Below are positions 1-11,825 of a stretch of 42,785 nucleotides of DNA, one piece after another. Location: contig NC_068981.1 of NCBI RefSeq assembly GCF_001194135.2, positions 133,978,283 to 134,021,067 of the forward strand, in the 5' to 3' direction. Source of the DNA: Octopus bimaculoides. Its lineage: Eukaryota. Under the pieces are notes generated by a model. That model was not told where the DNA came from. It saw only the letters and a program-made list of their open reading frames with translations, and searched no databases. Each line of letters starts with the position of its first letter. The first letter of the stretch is position 1. The translations under genes were made by a program, and so were the position numbers.

Positions 1-142
1 AATATATCCATTACATTATGAAAAAGTTTCAAACATTATATTGCTGACAGAATTACAGTTTTAGATAAAATTTTACAATATTGGTCACAAGCTTAGCTTT
101 ATATAGCCTCCTCATTATCATTATTATTATTATTGTTGTTGT

Positions 143-360
143 TAAGGCAGTGAGCTGGCAGAATCGTTAGCATGCCAGGCAAAATGCTTAGCAGTATTTC
201 GTCTGCCGCTACGTTCTGAGTTCAAATTCCACCAAGGTCAACTTTGTCTTTCATCCTTTCGGGCTCAATAAATTAAGCACAAGTTGCATACTGGGGTCGA
301 TCTAACAGACTGACCCCCTCCCACAAAATTTCAGGCCTTATGCCTATAGTAGAAAGGATT
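143..360 (+). mobile_element. tRNA-derived SINE (family B: AAGGCAGTGAGCTGGCAGAA... head)
   Basis: Pol III A/B-box-like head (TGAGCTGGCAGAATCGTTAG ... GAGTTCAAATTCC). Homologous copies in reverse at about 7410-7720 and 26685-26895, partial at 2950-3110 and 26940-27150. Confidence 0.8.
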
Positions 361-699
361 GTTGTTGTGTTGTTAAATTGTTTTACGTCAACATTTCCAT
401 GATTTTATAGGTAAGACGTTTTTTTTTCCAAAAGGAGCAATTAATTTTACTATTGGGCAGTTTTTCAAGTGTTAACTATTCAACCATGAAGGAATTATGC
501 AAACCTGATTTTATGTATGTCAAACAACCCAGAACAGGCAGAGTCATGTGACATGCTAAATAACACACAGCACAATGCCTGTGGCAGTGAAGTTTGAAGT
601 CCACACAGTCAACTATATAAACTATGCATGCACAACAAAAGATTATTTACCACAAAAGAAATCCTAAATTTTAAAACTGAGTAGCATACCTTATTAACA

Positions 700-1215
700 T
701 ATAGGCACATGGCTGTAGGGTTAGGAAGCTTGCTTCCCAACTACATGGTTTCAGGTTCAGTCCCACGGCATGGCACCTTGGTCAAGTGTCTTCTACTATA
801 GCCTTGGGCCAACCGAAGCTTTGTAATTGAATTTGGTAGGTGTTTGTGCCTCCTAACAGAGAGGGAACAGGTATGGCAGTATGGTTAAGAAGCTTACTTT
901 GCAACTACTTGGTTCTGGGTTCAGTCCCAATGCTTGGTACTCCTACTATGGCCCCAGCTCAACCAGTCTTTGTAAGTAAATTTGGTAAATGAAAACTGTA
1001 TGGAAGCCAGCCATATATGTGTGTATCCCTCATCCACCTACACATGCTTGACAAACGGTGTTAGTTTGTTTACTTCCTCGTAACTTAGCAGCTTGGTAAA
1101 AGACTGAGAGAATAAGTATAAGTGCTGAGGTCGATTTGTTCAACTAAAACCCTTCAAGGTGGTGCTCAAGCATGGCCACAGCCCCATGACAAACAAATAA
1201 AATGGAAGAATAAAA
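700..1215 (+). mobile_element. Two adjacent SINE copies (family A: GGCTGTGTGGTAAGAAGCTTGCTTCC...), first one 3'-truncated
   Basis: Both match the family A head and body seen at 1368-1748, 12042-12387, 18495-18842 and 40982-41688. Confidence 0.8.
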
Positions 1216-1220
1216 GATAC

Positions 1221-1321
1221 CTTTTTAATAACAGTGACTTGTCCCAAGTATCCTGCAGTACCACTTTCTATGAGAGGAATGTTAGCTGCCAGGCACAGAC
1301 GATTGACATGGTTACGAGCAG
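1221..1321 (-). CDS. UBA2: SUMO-activating enzyme subunit 2, coding exon 5 ((A)[33 protein letters not shown]); gene continues beyond the window start
   Basis: 101 nt, AG/GT flanked, phase-compatible with exon 4. Near-identical to the human UBA2 segment [34 protein letters not shown]. Confidence 0.97.
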
Positions 1322-1367
1322 CTGAAAGATAATTTAAAACAATAATTATAACTATAATCAACAATAA

Positions 1368-1748
1368 TAGGTTCAGACATGGCTGTGTGGTAAGAAGCTT
1401 GCTTCCCAACCACATGGTTCCGGGTTCAGTCCCAATGCGTCCCACCTTGGGCAAGTGCTTTTAACTATAACTTTGAGATGACCAAAGCCTTCTGAGTGGA
1501 TTTGGTAGACTGAAACTGAAAGAAGCCCATCATGTGTGTGTATGCCTGTGCTTCTGCTTGTCTCCTACATCACCACCTGACAACTGGTGTTGGTGTGTTT
1601 ATATCCCTGTAACGTAGCAGTTTGGCAAAAGACACTGATACAGTAAGTACTAAGCTTAAAAAATAATTCCTGGGGTCAATTTGTCCAATTAAAATCCTTC
1701 AAGACTCCAGCACAGCCACAGTCAAATAACTGAAACACATAAATTAAA
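1368..1748 (+). mobile_element. SINE family A, near full length
   Basis: tRNA-like head with GGTTCAGTCCC B-box, central TG microsatellite, CAGTCAAAT.ACTGAAAC tail shared with other copies. Confidence 0.85.
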
Positions 1749-2104
1749 TATGATTGTGGGGCAGTTTTTTTTTTTACTTTTTTATTTTTTTATTCTTAGC
1801 AATTACTTTGTTTGGTGGCAAACTGGCAATCATTAGAGCATTGAATTAAATGACCCGTGGTATCTTTTCTGATACTTGGTATTCTGCTGAGGCTAACTTT
1901 GACTTTTGTCCTTTTGAAGTCAAGAAAAAAGTGTCAAACCAAGTTGGTGGCTGGAATGACAAAACTGCATGAGCACCTCTGCCTGCCTGATCTGCAAGAA
2001 ATAACAGCCAAATTTCTTCGCTCACAATAAATGTCTTTTAAAAAACATAAGAAACGCAGGACTCACTGTATCTAGAAATGCCTTATCTAATATTTTAGAT
2101 AACG

Positions 2105-2620
2105 CACACATTATGATAATAATAAATAATGAAATTATTGCGTATAGTGCTCAGGTGCACTACAACTCATCAAAGGTGCATGTACAGTACAAAGAATTAT
2201 GAACAAAAGTCAGGAAAGTGAGCAGTGTAAGAGTCATGATATACATGTGTGTATCCATATGGAGGGAGAGGGGGATATCAGGTGTAGTGTTGGTGAATGT
2301 CAGGCAGCATGGAGGTTTTAAAGGATGTAATGTCTCAGCAACTAACAACTGATGCGGGTAGTTTGTTCCATGCTTCAGCAACTCTGAACATGAAAAATGT
2401 CTCTGAAAGTCATGGGAACTGTGTTGTTTTCTGACTTTGTATGCATGCCCACGTGTGTTAGTCACATGGAGCTCAAAAAGGTGCTCAAGGTGGTTGTTGG
2501 CATGATGGTTAATAATTTTGTGGGTGTTTACCAAGTCAGTTGCCAGAGGTTGGAGGTTCAATGTATCTATGCTCAAGGATAGTCAGGTATCAGATGTTTT
2601 GCCACAGTATTTTTGGTGCT
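2105..2620 (-). mobile_element. CR1/L2-type LINE 3' fragment
   Basis: ORF 2160-2576 reads ...LFELHVTNTRGHAYKVRKQHSSHDF; after a frameshift it reads RVAEAWNKLPASVV, the typical CR1 ORF2 C-terminus. (TTA)n-like tail near 2112-2135. Confidence 0.8.
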
Positions 2621-3408
2621 GCTTATTTGGCACCAGATGTTTTGATGTTTCTCTCTTGTCCTTTCCTCACCACCTCTCTCACTCTCTCTCTGTGTGACTA
2701 TATTTCTCTTTAAGTGTACAAAGAAGGGAAAGTGTTTATGTCATTTGCGTTCAATTTATACATTGTCTCTCTCTCTCTCTCTCTCTGTATGAATATTTCT
2801 GCATGTGTGTGTGTGTTTGTGCTTGCCTCCAGTGCCAAAATGTACTGTTGCTAAAACAGGCTGAATGTTCAGTCAACTGTACCAACTCATTATTTGCGCT
2901 CAAACAGCTGTGTCAAATCATCCCATTTCATTGTAAGACTATTCAGTCAATTGGCAGACAAGGCATTGGGTAGAATGCATTGCAGTATCCACTCCAGATC
3001 TTTGAGTTCAAACCCCCACCAAGATCAATTTTGCCTTTCAACTTTTCAGGTTTGATAAAGTACCAGTCCAGTATTAAGGTCAACTATCTCTCTCAAAGAC
3101 ATTGGCCGTGTTCAAACCACTAGGTTTAAAATGCTCAAAACACAGCAAATATCACAGTGTCCCTAAAACTCCATCAGGAGCACTGTCATAGCATCTGGTG
3201 TGGACACCTATCCCATACATTCCCATTACAATTCAATTTGTATAATTAAAACCAAAGTTAATTTTTGTTAATTTGCTTTCCTTTTTATGCAACATGAAAT
3301 GCATGATATTACTTTTAAGAGATTGAGAATCGTATTAATATAAGCATAAAAATCTTTGTTATAAACATTGCTCTACAATATGCAAACTAACTGAAAAATC
3401 CCACTCAC

Positions 3409-3473
3409 CTCTATTGTCAAGAGCATTCATAACAAGGGTGAACTTTTTAAAAAATTCAACATCATAATCAGTA
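3409..3473 (-). CDS. UBA2: UBA2 coding exon 4 ((S)TDYDVEFFKKFTLVMNALDNR)
   Basis: 65 nt, ttttgcAG acceptor, GTGAGT donor, UGACUAAU branch-like motif near 3503-3510. Matches human PDYNVEFFRQFILVMNALDNR. Confidence 0.96.
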
Positions 3474-3543
3474 CTGCAAAAGAACAACAATTTAGAAGAT
3501 AATTAGTCATTTTATGCATTACTGACTAAATCCATCCAATCTT

Positions 3544-3555
3544 AAAAAAAAAAAG

Positions 3556-3615
<60 letters not shown>

Positions 3616-3623
3616 AAAAAAAA
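3544..3623. repeat. 80-nt poly(A) run (poly(U) in UBA2 pre-mRNA)
   Basis: Only two G interruptions in 80 nt. Confidence 0.95.
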
Positions 3624-4313
3624 GAGAATACTGCAGAAATCAAATACACACACATCTATTTGTTAATTGTTCATATGAATGAACTACCCAAATGATTATA
3701 GATCAATAAAATAATTGGATATATTTTATTTCAAACTAATTTCGATACTGAAATTAATTTTGCTAAAACGTAATTGTGGAGCCACTTTTTTTTTTTTTTA
3801 CAACTAGCTTACTAAGCAGTTTTATAACTGACTTTTCAATTTTTTTAAAATTCAATTTTTCAAATAAGGTATAAAAAAAAAAAAAAAGTGACTAAAACCT
3901 TAACCTTACTTGTAGCGACATAGGCATGTATGTTACAGAAGAGTTGTGGCTAGAAGAATCTTGACAGAATTCTCTATTATAAAATATTTTCCCATTGATT
4001 TACACAACGTGAATATAAAAGCATTACATTTGGCAGAATTATCTGAATGCTAAAGTGTTAAGTAAACTATAGTATAGTTAAGTAACTATAGGATCTGTAG
4101 TTTGCTTACAGCATTTTAGGAACATAATGAAAGAGATGCCTGAAATTGTGACTTTCAATGAATGGCAGAAAAAACAAGTATTTGAAATTCTAATCAAAGT
4201 GAACAAAAAATAATTCAATTAAATTAAGATCCCTTTTATTCTTTTATACGTTTCAGCCCTGAGGCTATGCCCATGCTGGGGCACCACCAATATAAATCAA
4301 ACAAATAAACGGG

Positions 4314-4541
4314 TCAATCCATCAGCATTTAAAATGGCCATAACCAGCTCAAAATATTCTACCTCTTTTATGTTTAAACCAGCCAGATCTGGCCTTCGCA
4401 CCTACTCTACAATGTCAGTCTAAAAATAAACAGTCGCATCATTAAAATCTCACAGCTACGAGATACTACATGATTAATTCAAAACAATATGAATAAATAA
4501 ACATTATATTTGACAAAATAATCTGAATGCTAAAGGATTAA
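4314..4541 (-). mobile_element. Non-autonomous TTAA-type (piggyBac-like) MITE
   Basis: Degenerate TTAACCCTTTAGCATT-type ends. Homologous copy in opposite orientation at 36041-36272; fragments near 4015-4060 and 30190-30245. Confidence 0.65.
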
Positions 4542-5111
4542 AGAAGTTATCACTTAAATCAGTTATATGTATATGTCTATTTTTCACTAATCACTGTCTG
4601 AAACCGGCATTTGTAATTCAAACTTAGAAATTAACTTAACACCACTAATTGTTTTAAAACTAACTTTCTAATGAAAAACTGTAAGAAGGTTAGCTGTCAA
4701 CCCTGGAAATATTAAATTAGATTGCCAAACTATTTCTTATTTTAACTACAGTCAACTTAGTATGACATATGACTCTGTTTTAAACTACATTTTCTTCATG
4801 ACACTATATTTTCGAACTGCCTTTGTTTAAATTATTTCCATGGAGGGTTTAACTTAAGATTACTTATAAAAACAAAGTTTAAATCATAGGAACCATCAAT
4901 GGTCCCAGGTGGGCTAAAAAACTTATAATATAAGATCCTATGTAATAATGAAAGGAATAATTCATACACACACACACACAAAAACATGTTATGTAAGCAT
5001 AACACTAAAAATACATGTAATTTTCATTATATAATTTTATAACACTATTGATTCTTTTTATTTTAAAATAGTAAATATATATATATATATATAACAAAAA
5101 AAAAATATTAC

Positions 5112-5182
5112 CTGGTTATACTGTCATGGTAAGCCACAATTTTAGCATCTGGATTAAAACGAATTACACTGTCTTTTGCCAC
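5112..5182 (-). CDS. UBA2: UBA2 coding exon 3 (VAKDSVIRFNPDAKIVAYHDSIT)
   Basis: 71 nt, AG/GT flanked, phase 0 to phase 2. Matches human VAKESVLQFYPKANIVAYHDSIM. Confidence 0.96.
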
Positions 5183-5591
5183 CTGATTGAAGTGAATTTT
5201 AATAAAATTATTTTTAAGTTACATTTTCAAATCCAACATCACACCTATTCTATATTGAAAGGATTTTATTTTTAATAGGATTAAAAATTTTTTTCACATT
5301 ATCAAACATAACGGGTTTAATGAGTTAGTAGTACCTGATCCCTCAAACTGCTAGAGATAACAGACAAATCTTATACTAATCACATCCTGCCTTCTTAAAA
5401 AAGGAAGGACATACTGGATAACATAGTCACTTGAAAAGATAGGATGGCCAAGGTGAGAATGCATTTGATAATAGTTGTTTTGAGAGTGGTTAATACAGTA
5501 AAATGTGAGTTGAGGATGATTTGGTTACTATTTCTAACAGGATACCCAACCAGACACTAATTCATACTGGTAGCATTGGCTGAAAATGTGT

Positions 5592-5622
<31 letters not shown>

Positions 5623-5856
5623 AAAGCTGATCCCATTAAAAATAAAATCCTTTGACTAAACAAGTGTAAGTTTTGATTTTAAATAATAAATTATGCAATC
5701 CTGGAAATATATTTCTAAAAACAAAAAACAAACAAACAATAAACAAAATGGTCATGACTGGAATACCTTTGAATAACAGGTGTGTTGAATGAAGCTGACT
5801 AAACAATGACGACAACGAGAATAAAACACAAAAATATAACTGAATACATGTTTGGG

Positions 5857-6191
5857 TAACCTTCTTTGGTCATGAATGACCATGAGATTGCACCTAGAAA
5901 GTTACCCTCTGAAGCACAAGTCCAAGCAAGGTTGTTTATGGAAGACCGGTAGTCACCCATGCATACCAGCCTCCCCTCTCCACACCACTAATGTTATCCA
6001 AGGGAAAGGCAAAGGCTGATACAGCTTGGCACCAGTGATGTCACAGCTCATTTCTACAGCTGAGTGAACTGGAGCAACGTGAAATAAAGTGTCTCACTCA
6101 AGAACACAACATGCAGCCTGATCCGGGAATTGAACTTAAAACCTCACGATCATAAGCTCGATGCTCTAACCATGGAGCCATGCGCCTTCAC
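5857..6191 (-). mobile_element. tRNA-derived SINE (family C: GAAGGCGCATGGCTCCATGGTTAGAG head)
   Basis: A/B-box head and CACTCAGCTGTAGAAATGAG core, shared with 31434-31683 and 38220-38470. Confidence 0.75.
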
Positions 6192-6364
6192 ATATGTGTT
6201 TAAACATAAAATTTTAAGTGTTATCGTTATTTTATGCCTGTCTTTTTCCATGTTTGCAAATATGGGGTGGATGGAAATCTTCACCATCATCATCATAAAT
6301 GCATCTATTTTTCTAGACTTGTATGGGTTGAACAGGCAGTTTGTTCAGTCATTAAAGAAATGAA

Positions 6365-6678
6365 GGTAATCTTTCGGAGAAAGCATATCAAAACTGAAAG
6401 TATTAGTTTGGCAATTTCTACAAATTTTTTTTTGGCATCAGGTGAATTGCTTATGTTTATGTGTATGTATGTATGTATATTTGTATATGTATGTATGAAT
6501 GCATACACAAATATATATACATGCACATAAACACATACAAACAAACACACATACATACACAAAAAATACATAAATGTAAGTGATTAGGCTGAAAAATAAA
6601 TAGAAAAAAATAAAAAAATTTTTTAAAGGAAATTATCAAACAGTTTCAGTTTTGATATACAATCTACGAAAAATTGCC
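6365..6678. mobile_element. MITE-like element with about 55 bp imperfect TIRs enclosing a (TATG)n microsatellite
   Basis: ATATCAAAACTGAAA at 6385-6399 is the exact reverse complement of 6644-6658; similarity extends outward to GG...CC ends. Confidence 0.55.
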
Positions 6679-6857
6679 AAAATGAACTATTAATATTTCA
6701 ACTCCTCAACATCTGGCATAAATTTTCAGTTAACATCTGGTTTTTACTGCTTTCCAATAGCTTTATTTACTAGTTAATTTACACAAAACTACTGAAACAT
6801 TTTGCCACATATAACCAGAAAGCAGTTTCAAAAAAATATTCATTTCAATACACTTAC

Positions 6858-6941
6858 TTGAGCCTTTGATTTCCCAACGTGTTCTTTGTGAAAAAGAAAC
6901 TGGCGATTGAGGTTGCTGATGTCAATAGTATCAAGATCAAT
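6858..6941 (-). CDS. UBA2: UBA2 coding exon 2 ([28 protein letters not shown])
   Basis: 84 nt, tgcAG acceptor, GTAAGT donor. E1 adenylation-domain motif [15 protein letters not shown]. Confidence 0.98.
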
Positions 6942-7005
6942 CTGCAATGTAAATTAAATGTATCCATTTTAATGAAGCCAACATTTTGAGTCAAACGTCA
7001 TTTCA

Positions 7006-7212
7006 TTAACCCTTTTAACATCAATTCTTCTGAAACTGCCCTTTCTTGTTCTAAACTTATTTTTAAATGATCTTTAAAATTTCACTTTAATTTATGTTCC
7101 AAACACGAGATTAATAATGACAAAATCATTATATTAAATTCTTCATTATTTTCAAAATTAATCCAAACAAAAGCAGTGTATTTCAACAGAAATATGGTCA
7201 CAAAAGGGTTAA
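7006..7212 (-). mobile_element. TTAA-flanked MITE (piggyBac-like, CCCTTTT ends)
   Basis: TTAA|CCCTTTT...AAAAGGG|TTAA. Second copy in opposite orientation at 28221-28416. Confidence 0.75.
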
Positions 7213-7409
7213 AGAAATATTTTAAGAATTGCATCTGCTTTGTATAATTAACAAATTCTTAATCAATGAAAATTGAATATAAAATATTAAAATTCACTGA
7301 TGGGAAAATACAAATTATAGAGATGCTTTATATTCAAAGAAAGAAGTTCCATATGCAAATATATAAAATAGCCAGCATAAAATAGAAAATCAATAATGAT
7401 AATAATAAT

Positions 7410-7720
7410 TTCAAATTTTGGTACAAGGACAGCAATTTCAGGAGAGGGGGGTAAGTTGATTACATCGACCCCAGTATTTCATTGGTGCTTATTTTATCAA
7501 CCCTGAAAGGATGAAAGACAAATTCAACCTTGGCATAATAATATTAATCCTTTCTACTATAGGTACATGACCTGAAATTTTAGGGGAGGGAGCTAGTCAA
7601 TTACATCAGCATTAGTATTTGACTGGTATTCATTTTATCAACTCTGAAAGGATGAAAGGCAAAGTCGACCACAGGAGAATTTGAACTCAGACTGTGAAGA
7701 CAGACAAAATGCCACTCAGG
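7410..7720 (-). mobile_element. SINE family B with internal partial duplication
   Basis: Two successive copies of the ...ATTTTATCAACCCTGAAAGGATGAAAG... body. Confidence 0.7.
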
Positions 7721-8379
7721 ATCAACAACGTACACAAAAAGGATCTGAAAGATATAATCAAACCTTGAGGTACATTCGAGTTTATAGAGTGTCAAAAAGA
7801 GAAGATCAGCATATGCTGCACTAGGGTGGTCTACAAAGAAACTTCCAATGAATGAGATGAGAGAAAGGGGTGGAATTTATAAGCAAGTAGCCAGGCAAGA
7901 CACAGTCAAAAGCCTTACAAATATCAAAGACAGAAATATTGCTTTCATCAAAGTTCTTGCAATAACAAATGATTTGCAAATACTTGGCTTACAGAAGTAA
8001 CTTTGATTTTGTCAAATTTAAAATGGAATGGGAATGTCTGATAATAACAGAACTGGTGCAATGAAAAACCAACCACATAACAAGCCCAGCACTGGCCACT
8101 AGACATAACTAGAGATCCAAAATCTACAATCATATGTTTAATACTACAGCATGATAAATTGCAAACAGAATGAGCATTTTCATGGAAGACAATAAAGAAC
8201 TAGAAAAAAACTGTAAGTGTAAAAAACAAAGATCCAGTAAATGTAGAAGCTTACAATTAGTTAAGCTCTCATTGGGTTGCAGGATAAATTTGTTCATCCC
8301 AATCCTTTCCAATGTCATTTCAATTAACATATAAAATATTTCTAACAATATTTTAAACTTTTGTTTATCATTTTTGAAA

Positions 8380-9060
8380 TTTGCATAAATTTTTACCTCT
8401 TTTCAGACATATACCTATGGAGTGTCAAATAGAAAGAAAAACAAAATTTATCCGACAACTCAAATGGATAATACCTAAGTTGAGTCACAATAATTTCAAA
8501 CCAACAAATAGCTGGTTGTCTTGGAAATCTAGGTACATTAAATTGGTGATGCTTGTAAAAGTGCTGAACAACAGAAATTGTTTAGGCAATGAAAAAAGAG
8601 TTTTGCTATATTATCCCTCAAATGTTTTTCTTTGCTCCAAACAGGCTACTCTATTGTTGAACTATGTTGCAGTTGTTAAAGAACATCCATTACTTAACAA
8701 CAACAATGGTGAAACTGTTAAGAAAGAATGGAACATCTAACAGTGTCATGTAATACAAACATGCCTAGAATTGATAAACAGAAGCTGTTTAGGTTTGAAC
8801 AGGGCTACTTTTCAATCCAATACTATGTTAATGGCTTACCAGATACTTGGTTCTGTCAACAGACACAAAAATTATATATTTAAAGATCTCATAATACTGG
8901 GAAACAATATCTTTGAAGCTACAGAAGAAAACCTACAGTAAGTAATGTTTATTAAGAAAGACTATTTCAAAACTGCTTGGCTCCCTAAGGTTTTTCAGTA
9001 TGCCATTCGAGTGACTTTAGAATTACAAAACGTACCTGCTTCCAAGTAAAGTGATGACCA
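8380..9060 (+). pseudogene. Possible highly decayed pogo/Tigger transposase relic
   Basis: LSHNNFKPTNSWLSWKSRY resembles the CENP-B HTH motif LG..DFKASNGWL.RFK.R; weak DDE-like remnants downstream. Similarity judged by eye. Confidence 0.3.
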
Positions 9061-9629
9061 AACATGTTTTTTATGGAAAATTGGATAGGAAGGGACACCA
9101 CTTATAGTATGGTGACACCCATGTGATGTCAAGGCAAGGAGATAGTAACACACACACACAGATGTATATATGACTGGTTTCTTTCACTTTCTGACTTATA
9201 AATCCACTCACAAGGTTTTGGTCAGCCCAGAGGTACAGCAGAAGACACTTGTCCAAGGTGCCATGCAGTGGGACTGAATCTAAAAGTATGTGGTTTTGGT
9301 GATCTAATTTTTTAAAATGCTCTAGCAAAACAGAGGCACTTAAAAAGATCTTGTGCAAGTTACTGACCAGGTTGTTTAGAAATTTATTGCTGCATTACAA
9401 CATCTATATTTATTTTGTTCCATCACAACCAGCCAGGTGAACACGATCAGTTATACTTACTATATCATTCTTACATCATTAGCTGGCAAAGAATTAAACT
9501 AGGGATGGGGAAACTTTTTAGTGCGACAGGCAAATTTTCCAATGAAAAAGGTCCACAGGTGGACCACAAGTTCTAACACTTATATCTGTGTAACTCTTGT
9601 ATATATCTATGTATAATTCGATATACATT

Positions 9630-10960
9630 AATAAAGACAAGTTTAACACATGCTTTCAACAAGCCCTTCAACTCAGACATCCCAAATTAAAGGTCTTACA
9701 ACCAAAAGCCCTACCATACATTTCCACATACAACCCTCTTAATAACGAAGCCTTCGACACCATCCTTCAAAACATTCCCCTGCTAAAAAAGAACCACAGA
9801 ATGAACTTAATCCTCCAAACACACACCATTATAAAAGGCAAGAGACGGCCTAAAAAGTCTCCTAACACAAGCTCGAATACGCTCAACAACAACAACACTA
9901 AAGCCGTCAGTAAAAAAATGCGGTAGACCCAACTGCAGGATATGTGTCAATTTAATTGAGGGATCAGAGTTCTCCCTAAAACAGGGACAAAATTAAACAG
10001 TGCAAAGTAACTTCACATGTACTTCGGAGAACCTGATATGCGCACTAACCTGCTCTGGGTGTCAAGAGCAGTACATAGATCAAAAAAAAAAAAAAAAAAA
10101 AAAAGTCTGCATCAATGGATGACTCTGCACAAATCCCAGATCAAAATTCCGAAAAACAGAAAAATAGCATTCAGCCAACACATCGATATTTGTGCCAATA
10201 ACAAAAATCCAAGTTTCAGAATTTTTCCCCTCTATCAATTCAGAGACGATACAACCTACAGCCAAAGAATTAGTAAAGAGTCTCTCTCACAAAATACAGA
10301 CCCCTTCTGAACGCATCTACAACAAATGACATATCCACCACAACCTTAGAATAACACACACACGCAAATATTAAAAATGATAAACTCCAAAGAGATACTC
10401 AAGGAATTATAAAAAAACATAAAAAATAATCCCAATCACTGCTCACTCCACTAGTTACTATCACACTATCCCGCATTCTATTATCACTCTTTCTCTTCTT
10501 CCTTTCCACCACCTCCTCCCTTACTTTATTACTACTACTGCTGTTTAGAATAACACATTATAAACAATACATTCAAAAGGGATTTCCCAAGAATTCAAAT
10601 CACTACAGGTCATTTTCAGGACACTTAACCAATTAACACTCTGCTACTATCATAGCACTCCCGCTTCTTCTTAGCCAAGAATTCACAATGACCTCGAACC
10701 CACANNNNNNNNNNTAGCACTCCCGCTTCTTCTTAGCCAAGAATTCACAATGACCTCGAACCCACAAGAGTTAACAAGAGAAACAGAGACAGACAGAAAG
10801 AAGGAAAATGCCCCTTGTATTTGAATACTATACAAGTATGTTTTTAGAAAGACTTTTCATTTAAATTTGCCAAAATTTAATTTTCCCAAAATTTGTTATC
10901 CATATTTACAGTTGAAAAGATCTCAAAGATCGAAACTGGTACTGAAATGTTTTTTATAAA
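9630..10960 (+). mobile_element. Penelope-like element 3' part: RT-to-endonuclease linker, GIY-YIG endonuclease relic, 3' pLTR-like tail
   Basis: LPYISTYNP..., KKCGRPNCRIC, NLICALTCSGCQEQYIDQ (degenerate GIY-YIG, 10030-10083), MTLHKSQIK, FRIFPLYQ, KYRPLLN. Contains stops and frameshifts; followed by a hammerhead motif. Confidence 0.85.
10902..10950 (+). ncRNA. Minimal type I hammerhead ribozyme motif, U3:A8 core variant
   Basis: atttacag-UUGAAAA-GAUC(ucaaa)GAUC-GAAA-C(ug)GU-A-cugaaau. Stem I pairs 10904-10911 with 10942-10948, stem II has 4 bp with G10.1-C11.1, stem III has 2 bp, cleavage triplet GUA. Confidence 0.7.
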
Positions 10961-11044
10961 AGTATTTTAGCATTTTCTACCTTGTCTTTTTTCCATATAT
11001 ATATCTACTCGTGTGTTCCTCTTTCAACCTTTTACATATATCTA

Positions 11045-11300
11045 TATCATCATCATCGTTTAACGTCCGCTTTCCATGCTAGCATGGGTTGGACGATTTG
11101 ACTGAGGACTGGTGAAACAGGATGGCAACACCAGGCTCCAATCTGATTTGGCAGAGTTTCTACAGCTGGATGCCCTTCCTAACGCCAACCACTCAGAGAG
11201 TGTAGTGGGTGCTTTTACATGTCACCCGCACGAAGGCCAGTCAGGCGGTACTGGCAACAGCCACGCTCAAAATGGTGTATTTTATGTGCCATATATATAT
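11045..11300 (-). mobile_element. 5'-truncated RTE-family retroposon 3' end with (GAT)n tail
   Basis: Matches 15130-15291 and 28495-28850. Confidence 0.85.
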
Positions 11301-11825
11301 ATATACACAAGCGGACGTTAAACGATGATGATGACACACATACGAGCTTCATTCAGTTTCCGTTAACCAAATCCACTCACAAGCTTTGGTTGGCCCGCAG
11401 TGGGATTGAACCTGGAAGCTTCTTACCACACACCTATGAATGTTTATTTGCTGAATGGTAACAATTAACAGCAACAATATTAAACAAAAAATGCTAAAGA
11501 TTTTTGACTATTTTTAGTAGGATCTTAGCTATTTTGGTTAAAATAAACTAAAGAATGAAACAGATCAATATTTATAGGGCAAGTATTATAGGTGTGCTTA
11601 TTTAGACCACAACATCACTATCATTGTTTTATGGGTCAAATGACATTCACTGAGGCAGATTTTCTTGGGCCATGTCCTTCCTGTTACCAACCCTTCACCT
11701 ACTTTGAAGTAAGGTAATATTTCTTCATGAGTTGACATGTCTTCAGAGAAGATTGGAAACGAAGGTTTCCATTTGCATGATGGTGATGCTCATTTACAAC
11801 TACTATGCAATGTCAAGTGAAGGAA

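Noticed and set aside
6234-6639. Overlapping ORFs on both strands (also 41765-42105)
   Set aside because: Translations of TA/TG/TATG microsatellites.
10653-10766. Exact 52-bp direct repeat
   Set aside because: The copies abut a 10-N gap; this is the signature of unmerged contig overlap, not biology.
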